A DNA stretch of 64,000 nucleotides. It comes from Gammaproteobacteria bacterium. Lineage in GTDB: Bacteria > Pseudomonadota > Gammaproteobacteria > GRL18. The notes below the pieces were generated by a model. The model was not told the DNA's origin. It did no database searches and saw nothing but the letters and a program-made list of their open reading frames with translations. Where the stretch lies: assembly GCA_027012135.1 (NCBI GenBank), contig JALUZF010000137.1, positions 946-64,945 of the forward strand. Reading direction: 5' to 3'. Both the position numbers and the translations under genes were made by a program. This document shows, one piece after another, positions 35,073 through 42,995 of the stretch. Position 1 is the stretch's first letter. Each line of letters begins with the position of its first letter.

Positions 35073-36336
35073 AGCAATAAGCAATAAACTCAGTGCTGCG
35101 CGCACTAAACTGATTCTGGACAAACCTTTCCTGGGTGCTCTGGTGCTGCGTCTGCCGATTGTTGAAGCCGATCCGTCCTGGTGTAAAACCACTGATACGG
35201 ATATGAAAAAGCTTTATGTTAATCCTGAGTACATTGACCAGTTAACCACTGAAGAAGCACAGTTTGCCCTGGCTCATGAAGCGCTGCACTGCGCCCTGTC
35301 GCATTTTTCCCGCCGTCAGCACAGAGTTAAAATGCGCTGGGATATGGCCTGTGACTATGCCATTAATCCTATTCTGATTGAAGACGGCCTCAGGCCGCCT
35401 CCGCATATTCATTACCTGCGTGAATTTGCCGGTATGACGGCAGAAGAGATTTATCCGCTGTTAATGGATAATGAAAATGATGCTGACAGTGAGCTGGGGC
35501 AGAATAATGAAGCTGGTGACAAGGAAAGCGGGGAACAGTCTGATCACGGCGATGCCAAAGACACGGAAACTCAGAAGCTGAACAGCCAGCAGCAGGATAA
35601 TGGCAAAGAAGGTAAGGGACAGACTTCGGAAGAGGGCAAACAGTCTGAGCAGGGCAGTGGTGATGATATTCAGAAAGAACCGCCGCCGACACCCAATAAT
35701 GATGAAATACAGAGTCTGACGGCCCAATGGCAGCAACGACTGGCCGGTGCCGCCCAGCAGGCGTTACAGGCCGGTAAGCTAAGCCAGTCCATGGCACGTC
35801 TGGTGGATCACCTTCTGCAGCCGCAACTGCCCTGGCGTATGCTGCTGGCACGTTATATGAGTGCTACCGCCAGAGAAGATTACAGCTATACCCGGCCATC
35901 CAGCCGGCGAGGTGAACCGGCCATCTATCCGCGTCTGCGCAGTCATATGGTGGATATTGTGGTGGCCCTGGATATCAGCGGCTCTATTGCCACCAAAGAA
36001 ATTAAGGAGTTTCTAGCGGAAGTGGACCAGATTAAAGCCCAGGTACGTGCCCGTATTACCCTGCATGCCTGTGATACCGAAGTCAGTACTGAGGGACCCT
36101 GGGAATATGAACCCTGGGATGAGCTGAAACTGCCCATCCAGTTTCAGGGCGGCGGCGGTACCCGTTTTACACCGGTATTTGACTGGGTTGAAAATCAGGA
36201 GAAACGCCCCGACCTGTTAGTGTACTTTACTGATGCAGAAGGCGAATTTCCCGAGCAGGAGCCGCAGTACCCGGTACTCTGGCTGGTAAAAGGTAGAGCC
36301 CCCGTACCCTGGGGACAGCGGGTCCAGTTAAATTAA
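35065..36336 (+). CDS. VWA-domain protein with N-terminal HExxH metallopeptidase-like domain (DUF2201-type architecture)
   Basis: 423 aa. 8-nt overlap with the AAA+ gene. HEALH motif, an acidic/Gln-rich low-complexity linker, and the MIDAS motif DISGS in the C-terminal VWA domain. Confidence 0.8.
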   Translation: MDEAISNKLSAARTKLILDKPFLGALVLRLPIVEADPSWCKTTDTDMKKLYVNPEYIDQLTTEEAQFALAHEALHCALSHFSRRQHRVKMRWDMACDYAINPILIEDGLRPPPHIHYLREFAGMTAEEIYPLLMDNENDADSELGQNNEAGDKESGEQSDHGDAKDTETQKLNSQQQDNGKEGKGQTSEEGKQSEQGSGDDIQKEPPPTPNNDEIQSLTAQWQQRLAGAAQQALQAGKLSQSMARLVDHLLQPQLPWRMLLARYMSATAREDYSYTRPSSRRGEPAIYPRLRSHMVDIVVALDISGSIATKEIKEFLAEVDQIKAQVRARITLHACDTEVSTEGPWEYEPWDELKLPIQFQGGGGTRFTPVFDWVENQEKRPDLLVYFTDAEGEFPEQEPQYPVLWLVKGRAPVPWGQRVQLN

Positions 36337-36349
36337 CATAAAGAACACT

Positions 36350-37522
36350 ATGGCATTATCCAACGAAGACAGTTTAAGATTAAATGTATTACTGGCCCAG
36401 GATGTTCGTGCAATCCGCATTGATGAAGGTAAGCTGATACTTTATGCCCTGACTCAAAAAGGTGAAGCTAAAATTCAGCTTAATCCGAATACCCGTAACC
36501 ATAAATATATCAAGGAAGTTAAAGACTTTCTATCTACCAAAGCACTGGGTGTATCCGGTGGTTTTCCCATGTTCCTGTCCCGCTGGAACCGTATGGGCGA
36601 TGTACAGAGTAATCGTCTGGATAAACTTTTATTGCTGGGTGAAGAAGAAGCCGTAACGGCGGTAGTCAACAACCGGGATTTGACGGCTGAACTGGCAAAA
36701 AGTGCCTGGTGGGCCGTACAGTCATCTGAAAATGCCCGCAGTATGCTGGCCAATAAAGCGGTAGCAGAAGGTGAAATTGGTAAGGAACTGGCAAAGTTTC
36801 TGATTGAATTTCTGCCCTTTGAGGAAGATCCGCTGGATATGATGATTTCAGCACGTCTGGTACTGCAGGAAGGGCTGATTTCAGAAGATGAAGTCCTGAG
36901 CCTGTGGCGCAAGGCCAAAAGTAAAAATACCCTGTATGTAGGCTTTCTGGATGTCCGTCCTGATAATCTGCCGGAACCTGTTGCTGAGCATCCTCGTTAT
37001 GAAGAAGTTAAGCAGGCATTATCTGAGCAGCTTAAAGCTGCAAATCCCTATGCCGAGGTTTTATGCAAGCTGTTCAGTTCACAGGGACAGACCTTTTTAA
37101 AAACCGCCGATGCCTCGTTTAAGCGTCCGCCCAATTATGATGTAGTTGGCGCTTTAATTGAAGCTATAAGACGTTATCTGTTTATTAAGCAACCTGAAGC
37201 CGGCCAGAATCAGCAGCACCATGAACAGGGGCTGGATTTAAACGGTGAAATCCAGACCGATATTAACAAAGTTGTGGAGCTGGCAGAAAATATTGCCAAT
37301 GAAAATAATGGTATCTGCTGCAGTGGTGAATTAAAAGCCGTAAGGGAGGCGGTTCCGGACTTTGCCGACCATCTCCAGGCCATTGTCTTTTTAGGCAGAA
37401 CCACCCAGACCGTGCTGGCACCTACTATTGCCAAAAGTACTGCCGTGGGTTCATTAATGCGTAAAAAACTGAAACCGGTTTTTGATCCCATACAGATGAA
37501 CCTGAGAATATTAAGCAGTTAA
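36350..37522 (+). CDS. Hypothetical cytoplasmic protein (390 aa), third gene of the MoxR/VWA operon
   Basis: 13-nt gap after the VWA gene. Largely helical-looking sequence with no motif I can assign. Confidence 0.6.
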   Translation: MALSNEDSLRLNVLLAQDVRAIRIDEGKLILYALTQKGEAKIQLNPNTRNHKYIKEVKDFLSTKALGVSGGFPMFLSRWNRMGDVQSNRLDKLLLLGEEEAVTAVVNNRDLTAELAKSAWWAVQSSENARSMLANKAVAEGEIGKELAKFLIEFLPFEEDPLDMMISARLVLQEGLISEDEVLSLWRKAKSKNTLYVGFLDVRPDNLPEPVAEHPRYEEVKQALSEQLKAANPYAEVLCKLFSSQGQTFLKTADASFKRPPNYDVVGALIEAIRRYLFIKQPEAGQNQQHHEQGLDLNGEIQTDINKVVELAENIANENNGICCSGELKAVREAVPDFADHLQAIVFLGRTTQTVLAPTIAKSTAVGSLMRKKLKPVFDPIQMNLRILSS

Positions 37523-37662
37523 ATAATGAGTATTAACTATCGCAGTAATATTTTGTAAAAATATTAAATAATTACCGGATATGGTATTATAAAAAGTTAA
37601 TATTCTTATTTTACCGCCCTGAATTCAGAATAAGCAGAGCAAAAAGCAGAGGTAGAAAACAA

Positions 37663-39105
37663 GTGGATTTTTTCCCCATTTTCATGAACATTAGAAATCG
37701 TCAATGTGTGGTTATTGGCGGTGGCAAGGTCGCAGCCAGAAAAATTGCTTTATTGCTTAAGGCTGGTGCACAGGTACAGGTAGTGGCGCCTGAATTGTGC
37801 CGTGAGGTCAGCGAGATGGCTAAAACCGGGCAGATAAAACATTATGCCCGGGCCTTTGATGAAAAAGATATTTGTGACAGCAGCCTCTGTGACAGTGTAC
37901 TGGTTATTGCCGCCACAAATAATCAGAGCGTAAACGAAAAAGTCTCCGAACTGGCCAAAGCACGTTCCATGCCGGTCAATGTGGTGGATCAGCCGCATTT
38001 ATGCAGTTTTATTATGCCGTCCATTGTGGATCGTTCACCTATTCAGATTGCCATTTCCACCGGCGGCAGTTCGCCGGTACTGGCCCGCTTACTGCGTACC
38101 CGCCTGGAAAGCTATATTCCTGCGGCTTACGGTAAACTGGCACAGCTGGTCGACGGCTTTCGCAGCAAGGTCATTGAAAAATTTCCCAATAGCGAACAGC
38201 GCCGTTATTTCTGGGAAAACGTCCTGGAAGGTCGTATTCCTGAACTATTATTCCAGGGCAATGAACATGCAGCCCGCTATGCCCTGCAAAAAGCCATTGA
38301 TGAAGATTTTTCTGAAGAAAGCGGGGAAGTCTATCTGGTGGGAGCCGGTCCCGGTGATCCCGATTTGCTGACTTTCAGAGCCCTGCGCCTGATGCAGAGA
38401 GCTGATGTGGTGGTGTATGACCGTCTGGTATCCCAGGGGATCCTGGATCTGGTACGCCGTGATGCCGAGCTGGTCTATGTCGGCAAGGAAAGAAATAACC
38501 ATGCGGTACCGCAGGAGGGCATTAATGAATGTCTGGTGCGTTATGCTAAAGAAGGTAAACGGGTTTTACGTCTTAAGGGCGGTGATCCTTTTATCTTCGG
38601 ACGCGGCGGGGAAGAAATTGAAACGCTGAAAGAAAACAATGTTATTTTTCAGGTGGTACCCGGTATTACCGCTGCAGCCGGTTGTGCCAGCTATGCCGGT
38701 ATTCCGCTGACTCATCGTGATTATGCCCAGTCCTGTGTGTTTGTAACCGGGCATTTAAAAGACGGCACAGTCAACCTGAACTGGACAGCCCTGGCGCATC
38801 CTAATCAGACTATTGTTTTCTATATGGGCTTACAGGCAGTAAATGTGATCCATAAGGAGCTGGTGGCGCATGGCTTAAAAGATGAAACACCTGCGGCCCT
38901 TGTTGAACAGGGTACTACTGAAAACCAGCGTGTCCATGTCGGTACACTGGCCACTCTGGCGGATATAGTGGAACGGGAAAAAGTGAAAGCCCCTACACTG
39001 ATTATTGTCGGTGATGTAGTGACCTTACATGATAAATTGAAATGGTTTAATCCGAATTCAGAACGCACTTCATCGTTTCAAAGTGCTCGTGGCCGGCGGG
39101 ATTAA
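37663..39105 (+). CDS. cysG: Siroheme synthase (multifunctional CysG)
   Basis: 480 aa, GTG start. N-terminal GGGKVAARK dehydrogenase/ferrochelatase module and C-terminal SUMT module (VYLVGAGPGDPDLLT, GGDPFIFGRGGEE). Confidence 0.95.
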   Translation: MDFFPIFMNIRNRQCVVIGGGKVAARKIALLLKAGAQVQVVAPELCREVSEMAKTGQIKHYARAFDEKDICDSSLCDSVLVIAATNNQSVNEKVSELAKARSMPVNVVDQPHLCSFIMPSIVDRSPIQIAISTGGSSPVLARLLRTRLESYIPAAYGKLAQLVDGFRSKVIEKFPNSEQRRYFWENVLEGRIPELLFQGNEHAARYALQKAIDEDFSEESGEVYLVGAGPGDPDLLTFRALRLMQRADVVVYDRLVSQGILDLVRRDAELVYVGKERNNHAVPQEGINECLVRYAKEGKRVLRLKGGDPFIFGRGGEEIETLKENNVIFQVVPGITAAAGCASYAGIPLTHRDYAQSCVFVTGHLKDGTVNLNWTALAHPNQTIVFYMGLQAVNVIHKELVAHGLKDETPAALVEQGTTENQRVHVGTLATLADIVEREKVKAPTLIIVGDVVTLHDKLKWFNPNSERTSSFQSARGRRD

Positions 39106-39129
39106 GTAAAGAAGAACAGATAAAGAAAA

Positions 39130-39225
39130 TCAGACAAAGAAAATACTTAACACCAGATAAAGCGAAAGCATGAGCCCGGTAAAAGCAATACCGATGGTGC
39201 TCATAAATAGATAAACCTGTCTCAT
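39130..39225 (-). CDS. Candidate 31-aa hydrophobic small protein (below the ORF-track cutoff)
   Basis: Hand-translated as MRQVYLFMSTIGIAFTGLMLSLYLVLSIFFV-stop. AGGAAG lies 5 nt upstream of the ATG. One predicted TM helix. Convergent with cysG. Confidence 0.3.
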   Translation of the reverse strand: MRQVYLFMSTIGIAFTGLMLSLYLVLSIFFV

Positions 39226-39444
39226 ACTGGCTTCCTTAAATCTGATCAGTTTTTTTCTTATTCGTTTTCTAAACTATAAAATGATTAAGCTATGAAGTCT
39301 GCAAGACAAGTCTGATCCTTTTGTAGGAATGATTTTATTATCTGTAGGACTTAAGCTGAATAAAACAGTTGAACAAAATGCTATACATTTACAATGTATG
39401 AATACAAAAGCTAATTAAAAGTTAATTTGAAAAAGGTAAATACA

Positions 39445-39714
39445 ATGGATTTTAATTCCCTCACTAAAGAACAGCAGGTTATGGTAGCCATGCGTAAAAC
39501 CCTGGCCAATATCGTTAAGGATACTACACCTTCTGACCCGGCTCTGGTTCACCCTTTAAGTAAAGATACTGTGGAAGATATTCGTGCCTGCTTTGCACTG
39601 ATTTCAGCCAGGGAAAGAGAATTAATGGAAGAGCTGGGCATAGAAAATAAAGCCCGTCCGTTTTTTACGGATGAAGTAAAACCAGCCGAAGTGGTTAAAT
39701 TTAAAAAGAAATAA
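39445..39714 (+). CDS. Hypothetical protein (89 aa)
   Basis: ATG 39445 is preferred over the upstream TTG. No recognised domain. Confidence 0.5.
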   Translation: MDFNSLTKEQQVMVAMRKTLANIVKDTTPSDPALVHPLSKDTVEDIRACFALISARERELMEELGIENKARPFFTDEVKPAEVVKFKKK

Positions 39715-39725
39715 TATGCGTGAGG

Positions 39726-39763
39726 TTCCTTCTCCCTTTGGGAGAAGGTCAGGATGAGGGGGC
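39726..39763 (+). repeat. REP-like element, copy 2 (CCTTCTCCC-TTT-GGGAGAAGG followed by TCAGGATGAGGG)
   Basis: Same architecture and orientation as 12552-12587. Located between convergent genes. Confidence 0.6.
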
Positions 39764-39792
39764 TTTTAAAGCTGTAACTATTTATTTAACTG

Positions 39793-40335
39793 TTATTTAT
39801 CTGAACGCTTACGTTTTGAACGGCGCTTTCGTTCAGGCAGTTTAAAATTGATAATAGATTTAACCACTTCATTATAAGGAATTTTGTCCAGACTCTGGTA
39901 TTTAGCCACTGTTTCATTAATAGTGCCGTGTACATTCTCAATAGGGGCACGTTCCTGAGCCTGCTCACCAAAGCGGGCATCCTCATCACTTAAAATGGTG
40001 GTATCGGCCAGATTCTTATCGGCCAGTAACTGCTGCAGTCCATAAATTCCACCCACCTGTACTTTAATTTCCTTAGCATGAGGCAGAGGGCCGTTAGCCT
40101 GAGTAATTTGTAAAGCAAAGCGGGCATTGGCACGAAGGTTGTCCAGTAATCTTCGGCACTGCTGCTGGGCCACGGCATCTTTACAGGCAAAGGCTTCCCG
40201 TTCTGCCAGTAATAACTTTTCAGCCTGTTCACACTGACCGTAACGCAGTAACAGCAGTTTTTCAAAGTAACAGCGGGTCGGGTTCATTTCCCGATACGCT
40301 GACCGGTACTGCTCCTCGTCCATTACTTTTCCCAT
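39793..40335 (-). CDS. Hypothetical protein with four N-terminal Cys and a Lys/Arg-rich tail (180 aa)
   Basis: Clean ORF overlapping the upstream 80-aa gene by 13 nt. Family not recognised. Confidence 0.6.
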   Translation of the reverse strand: MGKVMDEEQYRSAYREMNPTRCYFEKLLLLRYGQCEQAEKLLLAEREAFACKDAVAQQQCRRLLDNLRANARFALQITQANGPLPHAKEIKVQVGGIYGLQQLLADKNLADTTILSDEDARFGEQAQERAPIENVHGTINETVAKYQSLDKIPYNEVVKSIINFKLPERKRRSKRKRSDK

Positions 40336-40565
40336 TCCTTGAGAATAGGCTGTTCTCTGTGTTCACCGAGTTTTTCTTCAGCATCCAGAGGGTTGTCCGC
40401 AAAAATAACCTTGAAGGTATCCTGAGGATCATTGTCAGGGTTCATACGCTGCTCCCTGGCGTAATTGCGAGCTTCTTTATAAGTCTCAAATTCATCCAGC
40501 ATTTCCATGGGCTTAACCAGGTTAGCAACAGTGGGTGAAATTTTGTAAACGAAATAAGAGGCCAT
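40323..40565 (-). CDS. Hypothetical protein (80 aa)
   Basis: Clean ORF, first gene of a two-gene minus-strand operon. Confidence 0.6.
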   Translation of the reverse strand: MASYFVYKISPTVANLVKPMEMLDEFETYKEARNYAREQRMNPDNDPQDTFKVIFADNPLDAEEKLGEHREQPILKEWEK

Positions 40566-40644
40566 AAATAAAAATCCTTAAATAAGCAATCAGATGCTGT
40601 ATTTTAACATGATGTATGGGCTTAACCTAAATGAAATAATAAAA

Positions 40645-40960
40645 CAGAGCCCGTAAAAGAAAGTGAATTATCCGTCCATAAGCTGGATAAGAACCTGTCG
40701 GAACTTGAGGAGGAGAGGTACTTTTTACCCTAAATAAATCAGTTGAACCTACTGCGAATGTCCATAGCACTGAATCTACAAGGCTTTCCAGAACATTTTG
40801 ACTTCACCCGTAGAATGGCTACGAATAAAGCCAAAATAACCTGTAAATCCTTGTATCTTCAGCACTCTGACCATTCTCGCTACGTTTCTACTGATTTATT
40901 TAGGGTTACAGATAATTCACTTTTATCGGTCAAACTAACCCAATATTTAACCCGGCTCTG
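40645..40960. repeat. ~316-nt nested imperfect palindrome (MITE-like or structured-RNA candidate)
   Basis: Paired blocks read by hand: cagagcc/ggctctg (40645-51 / 40954-60), gtgaattatc/gataattcac (40663-72 / 40911-20), a perfect 17-mer (40727-43 / 40890-906), and an imperfect ~28-mer (40754-83 / 40849-80). Confidence 0.6.
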
Positions 40961-41160
40961 CTAAAATCCGTTCGCAAAAGTCAGCAAAGCCAAAGTTAAA
41001 TCAGGCCTATAATATATAATAACCAAGTAAAATAGTCAAGTACTGTCAGAATGATAATATTTACTCACTCCCCAAAAAAGCCCTAAGTTCTTTCTTAACA
41101 CTTAACCCTAATTTCATGAAAGTGCTAAAATACTCGTCCAACTCCCAACCAGGACTCCTA

Positions 41161-41892
41161 ATGCCCCAGTTCAACGGCTTTAACCCGCAAGTCATCCAGT
41201 TTCTTGAAAACATCAAACAAAACAATAATAAAAAATGGTTTGATGAACATTACGATTTTTATCAACAGGAAATTCTGGAAGTCTCAAGAGATCTGGTTGA
41301 AGCTCTGGGAGGCGCCCTGCAGGAAACAGCTCCGGGTATTAATGTGGTGCCCAAGGTGAATGGTTCAATATACCGGTTTTCCCGTGACGCCCGTTTCAGT
41401 AAGGATAAAACGCCTTATAAAACCCATATTTCCTACCTGTTCTGGCAGGGTATGTTAAAGCGAACCCGTTGTCCGGGGTTTTATCTGGCATTCAGGCCGG
41501 AATATATTCAGATTGGTGTGGGCATTAACCATTTTACCCCTGAATACCTGCAGGCCTGGCGTGAACAGTGCGCACAAACAGGCAAGGATCAGCAAATACA
41601 CGATATTATGACAAAGCTGAAACAAAACGGAATTATTATGCACGGAGAGCAGTTAAAACGATTACCCAGGGGTTTTAGCCATAAGAACCCGGATGAACTG
41701 ATCAATGCGGATTTAATTCGTTATAAGAGCTTAAAATGCTGGTTTCAGATGCCTTTGCCCAAACAGTTATTCAGTGCCGAATTTATCCCCTGGTGTATGC
41801 AGTATTATGAACAATTATTACCTCTGTTTAACTGGATGGTTGAGGTTATGTCTCATTTTAAGGTAGAAGTGGATTTCTCCGGTCAGCCGTAA
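41161..41892 (+). CDS. DUF2461 (TIGR02453)-family protein
   Basis: WFDEH and YRFSRDARFSKDKTPYKTH motifs. ATG 41161 (AGGA upstream) is preferred over 41116. Confidence 0.75.
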   Translation: MPQFNGFNPQVIQFLENIKQNNNKKWFDEHYDFYQQEILEVSRDLVEALGGALQETAPGINVVPKVNGSIYRFSRDARFSKDKTPYKTHISYLFWQGMLKRTRCPGFYLAFRPEYIQIGVGINHFTPEYLQAWREQCAQTGKDQQIHDIMTKLKQNGIIMHGEQLKRLPRGFSHKNPDELINADLIRYKSLKCWFQMPLPKQLFSAEFIPWCMQYYEQLLPLFNWMVEVMSHFKVEVDFSGQP

Positions 41893-42267
41893 CCGTAAAA
41901 TGATTTTTCAAAAAAAGTCGCAAAAAGTGGGCAGAACCTGTATGCAGTTCACACAAATTCAAGGTCATGATAAAGTTTACGGATCTGTTTCACAAAAACA
42001 TACATTTCTGCTGGATTGTTAAACCTGGCCTGATAATATTGCTTCATACAGGCTAATTCACATCCTGGAAAACTAAAATAAAAACCCTTTTGTAAGTAAT
42101 TCCTACAAAAGCAGCTTGAACAGATGTTTAATCTTCCGGCTGTCAATGTTAAAATTACATTACAGCTCTTTTTAAATGAAGCTCTTTACAAACGATATAT
42201 TTTTAGTTTGATGTTCCATCGGTAATGTGTTGTTAAATTTTCTCCATTTCTCGTCAGGGATCAAATA

Positions 42268-42951
42268 GTGAAAAATTCAGACACAATTATTTGCACTGCT
42301 TTGCTGATGCTTTTATTACCGGCAGAGAGCGTATGGGCTGAAGAAAATGATAATCAGTATAACCTGGGTATCGAAAGCCTTGCTTCCGGTAGTCAATTTA
42401 GCAGTGCTCTGGATTATATTGCTGAATTTGAAAAACAGCATAAACTGACGGCTGATAAGTCAAAGAAAAAAATTAAATTTCCCATTGTCGAGCTGGATGT
42501 CAATTACCAGGACAAACCGGCGGATGTATTCGCGCCTTACCATAGTTTCAATAAAATTCCTGATCTGCGCATAGATAAAAATACCAGTAAAGAATACCAG
42601 ACCCGTCTTGAATACCGTTTTGAACACCTGTCTTCTGAAGCTGCGGTTAAATACAGTCCGGATTCCTATGGCATGGGTGAGTATTACAATTACGAGCTGG
42701 GTGTTGCCGTACCGGTAAAAAAAATGTTCTCCGTTGAAACCCGCTATGGCTGGAACCAGTTTAAGAACAAGCCTGAAAAGGGCGGTATGAAAGACTATCA
42801 GGACTGGAGTGTAGGCGTATCCACTACCTATAAGGGGATGAAGCTAAAAGTGGACTATATTGACATCAATGCCGGTGAAAAATCAGAAGAATGTTCTCAG
42901 AACTTCCCCTGCGAAGGTAAAACCGTTTTTAGTATTATTAAAAACTTTTAG
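42268..42951 (+). CDS. Secreted or outer-membrane protein of unknown function
   Basis: 227 aa, GTG start. Signal peptide (LLMLLLPAESVWA) and an aromatic-rich beta-strand-like C-terminal half. Confidence 0.55.
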   Translation: MKNSDTIICTALLMLLLPAESVWAEENDNQYNLGIESLASGSQFSSALDYIAEFEKQHKLTADKSKKKIKFPIVELDVNYQDKPADVFAPYHSFNKIPDLRIDKNTSKEYQTRLEYRFEHLSSEAAVKYSPDSYGMGEYYNYELGVAVPVKKMFSVETRYGWNQFKNKPEKGGMKDYQDWSVGVSTTYKGMKLKVDYIDINAGEKSEECSQNFPCEGKTVFSIIKNF

Positions 42952-42995
42952 TTCTGCAACTCCGGCCTGATCTGCCTAGATTATACACAAGCCGC

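Noticed and set aside
35390-35851. 153-aa antisense ORF within the VWA/HExxH gene, plus the alternate-frame ORFs 34180-34674 and 34215-34532 in the MoxR gene
   Set aside because: They overlap well-supported CDSs. The first is generated by the repetitive acidic/Gln-rich linker region. No independent signals.
37979-38371. 130-aa alternate-frame ORF inside cysG, and similar ORFs inside the ABC exporter gene (50523-50884, 51488-51958)
   Set aside because: They are shadow ORFs in alternative frames of genes with full-length family collinearity.
40743-40964. 73-aa plus-strand ORF
   Set aside because: It lies entirely inside the nested palindromic element, begins at a TTG and has no RBS. The palindrome explains the open frame.
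41949-42146. 65-aa Cys-rich minus-strand ORF
   Set aside because: It has no RBS or recognisable family and lies in the intergenic region between two better-supported genes. It cannot be excluded, but support is insufficient.
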